Assembly (NCBI RefSeq): GCF_032062105.1
Contig: NW_026926945.1
Location: 186,001-250,000, forward strand
DNA from: Saccostrea cucullata
Lineage: Eukaryota
Reading direction: 5' to 3'
DNA length: 64,000 nucleotides
A model generated the notes under the pieces. The model was given only the letters and a program-made list of their open reading frames with translations, searched no databases and had not been told where the DNA came from. Within the stretch, counting starts at the first letter, position 1. Each line of letters opens with the position of its first letter. Position numbers and translations under genes: made by a program. Below are positions 40,027 to 51,531 of the stretch, one piece after another.

Positions 40027-41790
40027 AAAACTATTAGAACATACATGAAAAAAAAGAAAATGACCATAGTAATTAAATTTGTAAACTATAAAATTAAACT
40101 TTTTTATTTAAACTTGAAGCATCCATTTTCGTGGTTTGATGAAATTCTATTAGTTCGTGAGACTTGATTTCGTGGTTGAAGAACTTTTCAGTAGTAATAC
40201 ATGTGAAAAATTGCATTTCTCGGTGGACGTAAATTTGTAAGTCTCTTCATACCTTGAAAATCACGTAAATTAAACCCCTAAGAAAATCAATAATTTCACA
40301 GAATGTGCTTATATGATTGTGTTAATAAATTGTAAAAGATGTAATTCATTATTATATTGTAAAAGCAAAGTTTTAGCGTATTATGTGTACAAGAACATAA
40401 AAAATGAAAATCCGTAGGTGCCAGGTAGAAAAAAATCATCTGAGGGATGCGAGAAAAATATCGCCAGCTAATTATGTAATTTAAGTGAACTACCTTGAAA
40501 AGAGGCATAGGATTCTGTAATTATGCATAAAATATATATAAGAATATAAGATTTTTCATGATGTTAAAATATGAAGATACTAAATTTTACAATGAGCTAC
40601 TCCTTTCCTATCTTCATTGTAGTCTAGAAAAAATCTTAAAGACCAATTGTCAGTTTTAAACATTATTGGAATTCAAAAAAAAAAATGAAATTGAATTCGA
40701 ATCACTACGCCTTTACAGGATTTCAAAATTCCATAAAATCCTTAAAAACAAAAATGCAGTAAATGTTCAACCAATATTCTTTTTTAATTTTTACTATCAT
40801 TGAGGGAAAAACATAAAGAGTATTGTACATCAATATATTTAAATATTGTGTTAATTATATGTGGATACTTCAAAGCTTCAAAGAACTTAAAGAAAAATAA
40901 AAAAAAATACATAGAAATTAATTTTACCAGAATCAATAATATCATAAGTTACGACGTGTGACGCTTTATAAACTTGTTAATAAATCGGGGCATTTTGACA
41001 TAGGCAGCTACTTTCTCAATTAAAATGGAACTCATAAAAAATATTTGTCATTAGTCATTTGCAAAATTATTTTGTCAAAAACGTTCTGCTTGAACACAAA
41101 AGCTCTTTTTTGGTATTTGGTATTAAAAGAAACTTGAGTTTCTGATTGAGTTTTATCTTATCATGTGGTAGATTCTACCACTACGATAAAGATATGCAGG
41201 TTTTGAAAAGGAGGACTATTATTTGTGATTTTATATCTGCTTTATCCATTGAGGCAGACATAGAATTATTAAATCAAATACGCTTAATAACCACTGTGTG
41301 GTAACTCACAGTTTATTACAGTTTTCCTGTACTGATAGGTCAGGTGTATAGTGATAATCAGCAGTGCTGATAATTCATAAGGAACTGAAAAAAATGTCAT
41401 AAAAATATTGAAGATATTTTAAATACTCATCTACCAGAAAAGTTTTGGTTTTTTAAAACATTCATATCATTTTATAAATCAGATAACATGTCTGTATATC
41501 ATTTATAATTTTTAGCCACTATAAATACTAAAGTCTAGAGCAATAAAATATTGCCTTTATGCTTGAACAGTTGAAGTGTATTTAGGCAAAATAAAACGTA
41601 AGTGACTGTATTCTAGAGAACTGAAAAAGTTCAATTGATAGATTTATGCTGAAGATTAGTTAGATGATAAGGAACAATGTAACAATATAGAAATAGATAA
41701 TTCAGATTATAAACGTCAAAGAGCATAGATAACAAACGTTAAGGACGATTGAAGGTCATTAAATCTTTTTTCGATACGCTGATATAAAAA

Positions 41791-41873
41791 ATGAGTATTT
41801 TTTCTGAGTACCTTGTTTGGTTGATAGTTGTGTGTAGGCAATGTACATGTTCTACTACAATTAGATGCAAAAG
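41791..41873 (+). CDS. Duplicated signal-peptide first exon of the EGF-like gene (orphan or alternative exon 1)
   Basis: MSIFSEYLVWLIVVCRQCTCSTTIRCK, AAAG|gtaagg. 83 nt and phase 2, the same as 55318-55400. Confidence 0.55.
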
Positions 41874-41944
41874 GTAAGGGTCGTGGTATGAGTTTAAGAT
41901 TTTAATATCAGTTTACTGAAAGAAATTACAATTTATAAAACGAA

Positions 41945-42310
41945 AATTATAAATTATTGACAAGCAAGTTAATAAAACAAGAATATCATCAGTTTAAAGT
42001 CATCATTTCGTATTTCTGTGGTCGATCTTATGACCTTGTTAGCAAATACAAATCATCATTAAGTCAAATGCTGACTGACGTTTTTCATACTAATTGTTAG
42101 TATTCAATTTATACACTGAATTGACAAGAGATTTGCCGTTATTATCTTATCATGACAAGGAGTACACGGCTGGTGTGATAGGTCAGCAGGGGATGCTCAA
42201 TCCTCCATGGCACCTGATCCCACCTCTGATGTTTCGGAGGTCCGTGTTTGCTCTGCTCCTATTTATTGTTATATGGACTTTGATATAATAATGTTCGTCA
42301 TCTCCATATC
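41945..42310 (+). mobile_element. Naiad-type PLE 3' fragment
   Basis: LSQMLTDVFHTNC* followed by a clean 3' motif at 42160-42253. Confidence 0.8.
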
Positions 42311-43929
42311 CTTCTTGAAAGCACTGAGACTAAAAATATTGGGATATCCGGTTTGATAGGTGTTTCATATTGAATGATCGGCTTCGGCCGATCATAGCTG
42401 ATTTCGCATGAGGCATCCTGTAGCTTTATGAAACTGCGTTCATTGTACGCCATGCAGCCTACCTTGTTAAATTGGTTGCCAAAATGACTAAAGTAATTAC
42501 ATTCAAGGAATAATCGAGAGTTACACATGATGCCTCCGATACGATAGATAGATTATCTGTGCTGCGATGGTTGCTGTTCATGTGCAATTGGTTCGTGAAG
42601 TTGTTGGGGTAACCCTTGTAGTTAAGTTCTCCCATAGAGTGATATGGATCGGCCTTTAGTCAGGATTCTGTTTGCCCGGATCATATACTTTATATCGACG
42701 TTGAATGTTAAGTGGAACACAAGATGAAGATGAATTTTGTTCAAACCAAACTCAATGCTGAGCTTCAATGGATAACGGAAGATGAGAAAAGGAAGAGCAA
42801 AATGTACATGTAACGGATGTGGCTATGCGAATTATGTACATTTGCATGAGAGTTACTTTTTTCTGGACCATATCTCTATTTTTCTACATAACATGACTTA
42901 AGGATGAATTCTTCTGATCAATTTACCCCAAGTGGGTCTTCGTACTTAGACATGTCGTAAAATTCAAACTGATAACAATTTACAAAGTTTTAAAAGTTTT
43001 TATGATTTATATGTTTAACTATATTTATATTTAAATAAAAAATCTTTCTATGTTGTATAAATGACCAACACGTGTGCAAAATTACGATATTTACGACATA
43101 GGCCTAAGAAAGTCGACAAGTGTCGAGGTGAAATCGACATCGAGAGGGGAAGACTCAAGAAGATGGGATCGCCCGTTTCAAAGCGACCGGAATGCCGAAT
43201 GGCACTCCATTAAAAGAGCCAACCGACAGAAATTTTAAAACATTTAAAAAATTGTCGAGATCACAATTAAGCCTACAGGAACATTCTCGAAAGCGGTACC
43301 CAAACATATGCCAGCCAAGAGCGCCGAAGTGTGTTGACGCAGTGGAAAAGCGAAAATGTAGGTTTACAATGCTTTCAAACTTATTGAAAATAGCAATGTT
43401 TGTGCGTTATAGATACAAAGGTTTCAAAATACATAGTATACTGTCACATCGCAAAGTCAAACATAGCATATTACATGTTACATGTACGTAACGTTAGGCC
43501 TAAGGTCTCCAGAGGCGTGCAGACGACAACATTCGTATTATCTTTTTTGTTACAACTTTATAGCTTTTAGTATATGATAAATTATCTTTGATATTGTAAA
43601 TGCAGAATCTCTATCTCAAATTTATAGACATACCGTAAGAAAATGATAAGACAACATCTATAATTTTTAGCTGTGTACATTCGGTAAGAAACTAGGTCGC
43701 TTCATTCTATGGCGGCATATGCCGGTTAAAAAAATGGAATATTTCTGAAACATCATGGAACATGTAGAAATTATTTTAGTCTAAACTACAGGCCTGGGTT
43801 CATAAAAACAAAGTCAGATAGACAAAATAATGATTTTACATTTTTGAACAATGATATTACCAGTAAATTATAATCTAATTTTTTTCTAAAATAATTTTTT
43901 ACAGGTAAGTCTTGTTTTCACAAGAATCA

Positions 43930-44112
43930 CTAATGAAGGCTTTTAGAAGAGAGCAGGATTTAAGAACCACTAAAATCAGATGGAGAAAACCATAAAAATC
44001 AGATTGAGAAAGTGGGACTGGATTTGATTAATCCCTGTGAAGCCACCATCCAACACCACAAACCAGACCCAATCTGGAACCCCCAGGCCAAGAGAAAGAG
44101 AGGACATCCAAC
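43930..44112 (+). mobile_element. RTE-type LINE 3' remnant
   Basis: Broken frames give RKWDWI and WNPQAKRKRGHP, resembling the RTE C-terminal motif WNPQGKRKRGRP. Confidence 0.5.
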
Positions 44113-44951
44113 AGACTATTGTGAAGTGTTATGTGTTAATTGATTACTTTTTGTTCTTAAAAATCTTTTCTTAACAAAATTGTAAATATTACCTGAATGT
44201 ATCACACCAATTTTGAATATTTGGTGAATAAAACACATACTTTGATGCCTAAATGCTTGATTTATTTTCATTAAATGCTGAAAAAGAAACATGAGGTGGG
44301 GATATAAAAAATATCAAAACTTTCTTATATGTGCACTAACGTAACCCCTACTTTTCATGCTATGAAAAGAAGCCATAATACCTAAAGAAATTGTACAACA
44401 ATTTTCTTAAAAAGTTTAATTGTAGAAAAATGTTTTTCTTTGGTTTTTCGAGCAATTTTATAGGGAAAAATGTGCCTAATTTTGACATGGGTGAACAACA
44501 TTTTTGGGTACAAGTTATCTAATTGGGATTTATTTGCTCATATTTTGTTTAAAAAATCAACTTTGCAATACTTTCAAGTAAATGTAAGCCAAATGAAGTT
44601 TTAATTCACTATATTTATAAGTTTTATGAGGTATTTTATTGTCTAGTAGCATTTTAAAGGAAATTTCCCATGCTCTATTTTGGCCTATGTTCAAAGGGTT
44701 GAACCTCTCTTTGATGAACACTAACATACACTTTTCTTGTCTTTAAATTATTCCTTGGATATTACACTTTCAGAAAAATATAAGCATTTGAAAAGTTTAA
44801 TAAACGTTTTTTTTTTCGGGTATCAGAAGAATACATCCTTAACTCATAACGTCATCAAATTGTACGTCATCAATTTGAATTTAGCAATCATTCATGTAGT
44901 TTCGCAGGGGAAGTCTCAAAGTTTTGTTAAAATGAAAGTCGTATGAGATAA

Positions 44952-45113
44952 ATAGAACATCTATAATTGTGTGATTTGATATTGGCTTTATCCAACTCGT
45001 TGAAATGGTGTATATTCGCTCGACAAGCCTCGCGAATATATACACCATATATACACCATTTCAACTCGTTGGATAAAGCCAATATCAAATCACACAATAT
45101 AGATATCCTCTAT
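44952..45113. mobile_element. Palindromic non-autonomous element, possibly Crypton-related
   Basis: ~70-bp inverted arms (ATTGTGTGATTTGATATTGGCTTTATCCAAC / GTTGGATAAAGCCAATATCAAATCACACAAT). Confidence 0.7.
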
Positions 45114-45296
45114 ATATTTATTTGAGCTATTATTTTTTATTTTGCCTGCATTGATGTTTACGTCTTCCAGTTGATTTGCAAGAGCATACTCTTAGTACAA
45201 ACAATTTGAAAAACATTGTTCATAGTTCCTTTGACAGCGTTGTGTTAAGGTTAAGATGGTCCTATAAAGCTTTTATTAGCCTGTAGAAACAACATA

Positions 45297-46322
45297 CCTA
45301 AAAAGCGTTGTACATCTTTCTTACATTTTGGAGTATCAGTTTGTTATGGCCTTGACCTTTGCCTCGTCCGGCTTGATTCCCTCTGCAGATATAATGTCAC
45401 CAATGAATGTAAGTTCCTTAACTCTAAATACGCATTTTTCGCGATTCAGTTTGAGATTTGAATTGCGCGATGCATCAAACACCTGCTGTAGTCGTTGGTT
45501 GTGTTCTTGTAGTGTTGATCCCCAGACGATGATGTCATCCATCATTGTCGTGCATCCTCGTTCATATATCATGTAAATGGTCCTGTGATATATCTCGGGC
45601 GCTGATGAGATACCAAAAGGTAGACGCAAAAATCGATTCCTTCCGAATGGTGTATTGAAACAGGTAAATTTTGATGAATTCTGCTCCAGTTTCATTTGCC
45701 AGAATAGGGTGCGAGCATCAAGTTTACTGAAAAAATATGCATTCTTGAACCTGGCATGAATCTCATCTCGCGTTTGCAGCTTGTAATGTTCTCTCTGTAT
45801 CGCTTTGTTCAACTGAATTGGATCCAGACACACACGGATTTTTCCGTCTTTTTTGAGAACGATTACAATCGGACTCACCCAATCTGTATACTCAGTTTCT
45901 TTGCATATGACGCCCATATCCTCCATGCGTTTAAGTTCATCTTTGAGTTTTTCATGTAGAGCGAAAGGTATTTTACGACATGGACTCACTACTGGTGTAA
46001 TGTCTGGATCTATGGATAATTTTTGTTCACCTGGTAAACATCCTAATCCTTCGAACAAGTCATTATTTTGATCCACAATCTGTGCAGTTGTGTCTGTAAT
46101 CTTTGTGCAGTTTTTTATGGTATATGTGCGTTTTACTAGTCCTAACTTGTCGCAAGCTTTTACGCCTAAGATTGCTGTTGAAGCATCCTGTACTATCACA
46201 AAGTAGACCTTAGCTGCTTTTCCCTGATGAGAAACTTCCAGAACACATGCTCCTAGGACCGGAATACATTGCTTGCTGTATAACATAAGCTGTATATTCG
46301 TCTTGTGGAGTTTTGGCTTCCA
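45297..46322 (-). pseudogene. Gypsy pol, protease end and RT (disrupted)
   Basis: WVSPIVIVLKKDGKIRVCLDP, FSKLDA, LPFGISSAPE, MMDDIIVWG and DVQRFLGM. Confidence 0.85.
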
Positions 46323-47264
46323 TCATAGACTGTGATACTGTTTCTCCAATAGGATGTTGACTTGACTGCCTGTATCCAATTTGTAGTTGATTCCTTTGCC
46401 ATTAGTGCATAGAGTTACACGCCCCTCCTCTGGTTTGTCGGAATGAACTGTTTCCAGACTGTCGATGAAGAAAGCTTGTTCATCTTGAATGTCATGCATG
46501 TGTTTCTTTTTCTGCATTTTCTTTTTAGTACTACTTTGTTTGCTTTTTGTTCTGCAGACTTTTGCGAAGTGATTTGAACCATTGCACTTATTGCAGATTG
46601 GACACATAGCGGTGCAAGTCTTATGCGAATAATCATATCCACACCGTCCACAAATTTTACCTTGCTTAGATGCCCGCATTTTTTTTTTGTCTTTGGGTTT
46701 GAAACCAATGGAATGTACTTCAGAGAGAGGAACAATACTTTTTATGTGTTCCTTTGTCGACTCTGCTGCTCTACAGGTTGCAAGTGCTTTGTCTAATGTT
46801 AGATCGACTGTTCGTAAAAGTCTCTCTTTAAGCGTGTTGTCTGGGACCCCACATATTATTCTGTCACGTATTAGAGAATCTGCTAGTTCTCCAAACTCAC
46901 AGTTCTTTGCCATCGTTCGTAATTCCGTCACATATTCGTCTATGGTCTCATCGAACCTCTGCACCCTCGTAAAAAACTTGTGTCTCTCATACGTAGTGTT
47001 TCGTTTTGGTGTGCAATAAGCCTCAAATTTGTCGAGTATTTTCTTAAATTTAAACTCATCGCCTTCCTCAAATACTAAGGTGTTATAAACTTGAACTGCC
47101 TCTTCTCCTACTATGTGTAAGAAAATGCGTGATTTTTGTTTGTCACCTTTTTCGGACGCACCTGTAGCCGTCATATAAACATCAAACCTCTGTTTGAACT
47201 TCTTCCAATTTTCTGCCACGTTCCCCGTGAGCGAAAGTACTCCTGGTGGTTCCAGTTTGTCCAT
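46323..47264 (-). CDS. Gypsy gag and protease N terminus (frameshifted downstream)
   Basis: GNVAENWKKFKQRF, IRDRIICG, zinc knuckle CNKCNGSNHFAKVC and LDTGSQ. The ATG lies just after the PBS. Confidence 0.85.
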   Translation of the reverse strand: MDKLEPPGVLSLTGNVAENWKKFKQRFDVYMTATGASEKGDKQKSRIFLHIVGEEAVQVYNTLVFEEGDEFKFKKILDKFEAYCTPKRNTTYERHKFFTRVQRFDETIDEYVTELRTMAKNCEFGELADSLIRDRIICGVPDNTLKERLLRTVDLTLDKALATCRAAESTKEHIKSIVPLSEVHSIGFKPKDKKKMRASKQGKICGRCGYDYSHKTCTAMCPICNKCNGSNHFAKVCRTKSKQSSTKKKMQKKKHMHDIQDEQAFFIDSLETVHSDKPEEGRVTLCTNGKGINYKLDTGSQVNILLEKQYHSL

Positions 47265-47434
47265 TGTAACCTTCTGACACCATGTGTTAAGGTTCAGGTG
47301 GTCCTATAAGGCTTTTATTAGCCTGTAGAAACAACATAAGAATGTCGTCGGGTCCATGCTTTTAATTCTGTGTTCCTTCACATAATTGATGACGTAATAC
47401 ACAAAAGGGGTCAATTCAAAACATATACATGATA

Positions 47435-48818
47435 CCACTTGTGAACATCTTTAAGAAGTCCCTGAATGACTGTCTACTACGATTACAAAGACTGCTGCTG
47501 AGGGTACAGAAATATGATCTACGTATTGGCTACACACCAGGAAAATTCATGCATACCGCTGACGCGTTGTCCAGAGGAACATATATGTCCAAGAAACTGA
47601 CAAAATCAGAACAGGAGGAGGATCTCAAAGTATATGTTGACTCTGTCATTAAGAGCCTACCCATATCAGATCGTAAGCTACAGAAGATTCGTGAGGAAAC
47701 TCAACATGACCCAAAATTGCAGTTATGTACTGGCAAAAGTAATTGTAACAGATTTCCAGAAACGCACACTGAATGCCCTAAGGAAATATCAGAATACTGG
47801 AATATACGGACAGAGTTGAGTTTATGTGATGGAATCATCATGAAGACAGACCGCATTGTTATTCCAGTCTCATTGCGAAAGGAGATGCTTACCAAAATCC
47901 ATACAGGTCACCTTGGTATCGAAAAATGTCGAAATCGAGCCGAACAAGTGATGTACTGGCCTGGAATGTATGCACAAATCGAGGAAATGGTTAATTCATG
48001 TTCAACATGTATCAAATTCCGTCCAAAACAACCGTCCGAACCGCTTAAACCACATGATGTATGCAATTATCCATGGGAAAAAGTGGGAGCAGATTTGTGT
48101 GTATTCAATTAAGAATTTTTCTTGTGTTATGTGATTACTATTCAAATTATCCGGAAGTGTGTCGTTTGCACAGTGTGTCAAGTCAATCAGTCATTAATCC
48201 AATGAAATATGTGTTTGCAGGCCAAGGCATACCTAAGATAGTGTTCAGTGATAACGGACCAAAATTCAAGTCAGCGTAATTCAGTGAATTTGCAAAGACA
48301 TATGATTTTCAGCATCATACGTCAAGTCCATTATACCCAAAATCGAATGGGTTAGTCGAGAAAACTGTAGTCATTGTAAAGGGCCTATTGAAAAAATCGG
48401 CCGATGATGGATCAGATTTCCACATGAGTCTACTTATCTACCGTGCAACTCCTATACTCGATAGGAAATCACCAGCCGAAATACTGAACAATGGACGTAA
48501 ACTGCGTTCGAACTTACCAATGGCTTATATTTGCCGTGGAAACTATTTAACCGAGTCTTATGAAAGAGCAAAGATGCAACAGAAACTCAAACAAAAACAG
48601 TATCATGACAGAAACACGAAAGACCTATCGCCATTGAGTCCCGGACAAACCGTCCGTCTTCGAGATCATAATGACAAGGACTGGGGTAACTGTGGCAAGG
48701 TGCTAGACCAAGTTGCTCCGAGGTCATACGTAGTTCAAACCGAAAATGGACATGTATACCGTAGAAATCGTAGACATATTTTGCAATCAAATGAACAATT
48801 TACACCATATGAACAATA
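47435..48818 (+). pseudogene. Gypsy RNase H C terminus and integrase (disrupted)
   Basis: PLVNIFKK..RLQR..YTPGK..ADALSR, HTGHLGIEKC..CSTC, PWEKVGADL, SDNGP, NGLVE and YRATP. Confidence 0.85.
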
Positions 48819-50452
48819 TACGGAAGCGTATTAGTGCCACGCAATATTTTTTTTAAAGTTGGTAATTCCAACTTTAAAGTTGGAAATTCCAATTTTAATC
48901 TTGGCTTTTCCAACTTTAAAGTTGGTAATTCCAACATTAATCTTGGCTTTTCCAACTTAAAAGTTGGTAATTCCAACTTTAATCTTGGCTTTTCCAACTT
49001 TATAGTTGGTAATTCCAACTTTAATCTTGGCTTTTCCAACTTTAATCTTGGCTTTTTCCAACTTTAAAGTTGGTAATTCCAACTTTAAAGTTGGTAATAC
49101 TAACTTTAAAGTTGGAAATTCCAACTTTAATCTTGGCTTTACCAACTTTAATCTTGGCTTTTCCAACTTTAAAGTTGGTAATTCCAACTTTAAATTTGGT
49201 AATTCCAACTTTAAAGTTGGAAATTCCAACTTTAATCTTGGCTTTTCCAACTTTAAAGTTGGTAATTCCAACTTTAATCTTGGCTTTTCCAACTTTAAAG
49301 TTGATAATTTCAACTTTTAAAGTTGGTAATTCCAACTTTAATCTTGGATTTTTCAACTTTAAAGTTGGTTTTTCCAACTTTGATATTGGCTTTTCTACTC
49401 GCTTTTCTTAGATTTTACTTTTGTTAACAGTATCACAGACTTAATTAAAATGAAAATAACACACTGAAATAGATTTGTTAGCAATTTATCATTGCAATCT
49501 AGGGGTAGGGGTCTAAATGGGGGGGGGGGGGTTGGAAGAGCGGACGTTATTATGGGGAGTTATAATATGCACTTTTACAAAGGAAAATAAATATTAGCAC
49601 ATTAAAATAAATTGTTGAACTCTTTTTATCTGTGTTTGTTTTATTATTTTTCTTGACCTTCCTTATGACCTTACATAAAACTTCCAACTTTTACTTAGAA
49701 ATCCTTATATTCCTTTAAGTTCTCTTGTGTAATTCTATTGAGAATAACTTCCTATAAATTATGGACACAGTATTCCGTACATGACAGGATTTCAACTTAA
49801 CCAATTACATATAGAAGTCATTTATTGTGTATTGTATGAAAGAAGGAGACAACAATTAAATACTCAATGTAAACAAATTTAATTTAATCAAATGAAACTT
49901 TTTCTACTAAATTAAATACAAATTGTATCAATTCCACACTGGCGCGGATCCAGTATTTTTTCAGAGGGGGGGGGGGGGGCACCCCAGCCAGAAATATGTT
50001 GACAAGCAAAAAATTAACAAGTAAATGTATAATAAAATCCTTCTTAAAACGTCAAAAGTCAAAGTTGGAAAAGCCAAGATTAAAGTTGGAAAAACCAAGA
50101 TTAAAGTTGGAAAAGCCAAGATTAAAGTTGGAATTACCAACTTTAAAGTTGGAAATGCCAAGATTAAAGTTGGAATGTCCAACTTTAAAGTTGGAAAAGC
50201 CAAGATTAATGTTGGAATTACCAACTTTAAAGTTGGAATTACCAACTTTAAAGTTGGAAAAGCCAAGATTAAAGTTGGAATTACCAACTGTAAAGTTTGA
50301 AAAGCCAAGATTAAAGTTGGAAAAGCTAAGATTAAAGTTGTAATTTCCAACTTTAAAGTTGGAAAAGCCAAGATTAAAGTTGGAATTTCCAACTTAAAAG
50401 TTGGAATTACCAACTTTAAAAAAATATTGCTTGGCACTAATACGCTTCCGTA
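48819..50452. mobile_element. Foldback non-autonomous DNA transposon, IS3EU-like termini
   Basis: ACAATA|TACGGAAGCGTATTAGTGCC ... GGCACTAATACGCTTCCGTA|ACAATA (6-bp TSD). Inverted arms are built from 21-bp units at 48855-49395 and 50055-50420. Confidence 0.85.
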
Positions 50453-51284
50453 ACAATATGATTGTCAAAACAATGATAAAGTTGATCATTTTAGTCATAA
50501 TCCATGTGATAATGAAAATACTCAATCACTCGGTCAGGATATGTCTATTTTCACAAACCATGTACCAACACAAAATATGTCATGGACCACAAGGTCTGGT
50601 AGGTCAGTTAAGAAACCACAGAGATTAATTGAAGAGATTTAATTTGTTGTTTTTGGGTCAGATCAGTACCATGAAAATTGGGTTTGAGTGTAAGAACATA
50701 AACATCTATGTCATATGTTGTAAATTTTGGATTAGTTGTACTGTTTGTTTTGTACTTTTGAAATGCTAGTCAGTTGAATTGCACAGACAATTTCTTAGTT
50801 TTATTTTGACATTATAGTTTCAGTGTTGTAATTTATTAATGTTGGAGCAAAAAAAACAGAACTGTTAATGTATCAGCGTTCATTACATTGCTACATACTA
50901 AATCCTAATTTTCAACCGAACTTAATGTATTAACCTAAGAAAAGTTTATGCAGGGTTTTACATCTTTTGCTATGTCAGAAAATTTATTGTAGTTCATGAC
51001 TCAAATTTAAAAGAGGGAAGAGGTATCAATTATATGTTTTTAATTGACCCCTTTTGTGTATTACGTCATCAATTATGTGAAGGAACACAGAATTAAAAGC
51101 ATGGACCCGACGACATTCTTATGTTGTTTCTACAGGCTAATAAAAGCCTTATAGGACGACCTTAACACAAGCGTTTTAGAAGAGAGAGAGAGAGCGAGAT
51201 AGAGAGAGATAAATCAGTGTTGATGGATATCAATTTATTCTTTTTTTGCTATTAAAACCTATAAACCGGGAAAAATTCCTCAAT

Positions 51285-51392
51285 GCTCAACGAACCTTAG
51301 TTACAAGCGTAGGTATAAATTTGAAGTCCTCCATAAGCAAAAAGCGGCGTCTCCATCAGGGTGAAAATTTCTCCAGAGGGACGTTAAAGAGT
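51285..51392 (+). mobile_element. SINE 3' remnant
   Basis: CGTCTCCAT...GTGAAAATTTCTCCAGAGGGACGTTAAA. Confidence 0.5.
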
Positions 51393-51531
51393 AACGAAGA
51401 AACTAAGTATCGATAAAATTCTTTATATGAAAGGCAATGCTTAATTTTGTCTTATGTTCAAATGGTTACAGTATGAATTCTTTATCTTAATATAAGCATT
51501 AATATTTTTCTCAAACAGTTAATATTATCAC

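Larger units (their letters stand above)
37690..42475 (+). repeat. Segmental duplicate, copy 1 (paralog of ~52165-55612)
   Basis: Collinear diverged matches: ~37700/52190, 38150/52650, 39590/53400, 41250/54780, 41790/55318 and 42340/55480. Confidence 0.8.
45241..51169. mobile_element. Rearranged Gypsy (Mag-like) LTR retrotransposon with 5-bp TSD AGCGT
   Basis: AGCGT at 45236-45240 and 51170-51174. Partial LTR (-) 45241-45296; gag-PR-RT on -; PBS TGGTGTCAGAAG (-) 47271-47282; LTR (-) 47283-~47437; RNase H end and integrase on +; PPT ~51008-51021; LTR (+) ~51021-51169. Confidence 0.9.

Noticed and set aside
42140-42253. PLE 3' motif as SECIS, HDV, hammerhead or 5S-derived sequence
   Set aside because: The ATGA upstream lacks a SECIS stem with AA loop, and I saw no consistent in-frame TGA at Cys positions. 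There is no CUGANGA/GAAA core. The HDV P3/P1.1 pairings do not form. The 5S-like CACCTGATCCCA match is only 12 nt.
42790-44900. Possible DNA transposon remnants (also 38805-39556, 61200-62150 and 63110-63790)
   Set aside because: Repeat-like, but termini and TSDs are too degenerate to define.
48800-50437. Many overlapping ORFs (LKLEKPRLKLELPT, FKVGNSN and similar)
   Set aside because: Stop-free translations of the 21-bp repeat arms of the foldback element.
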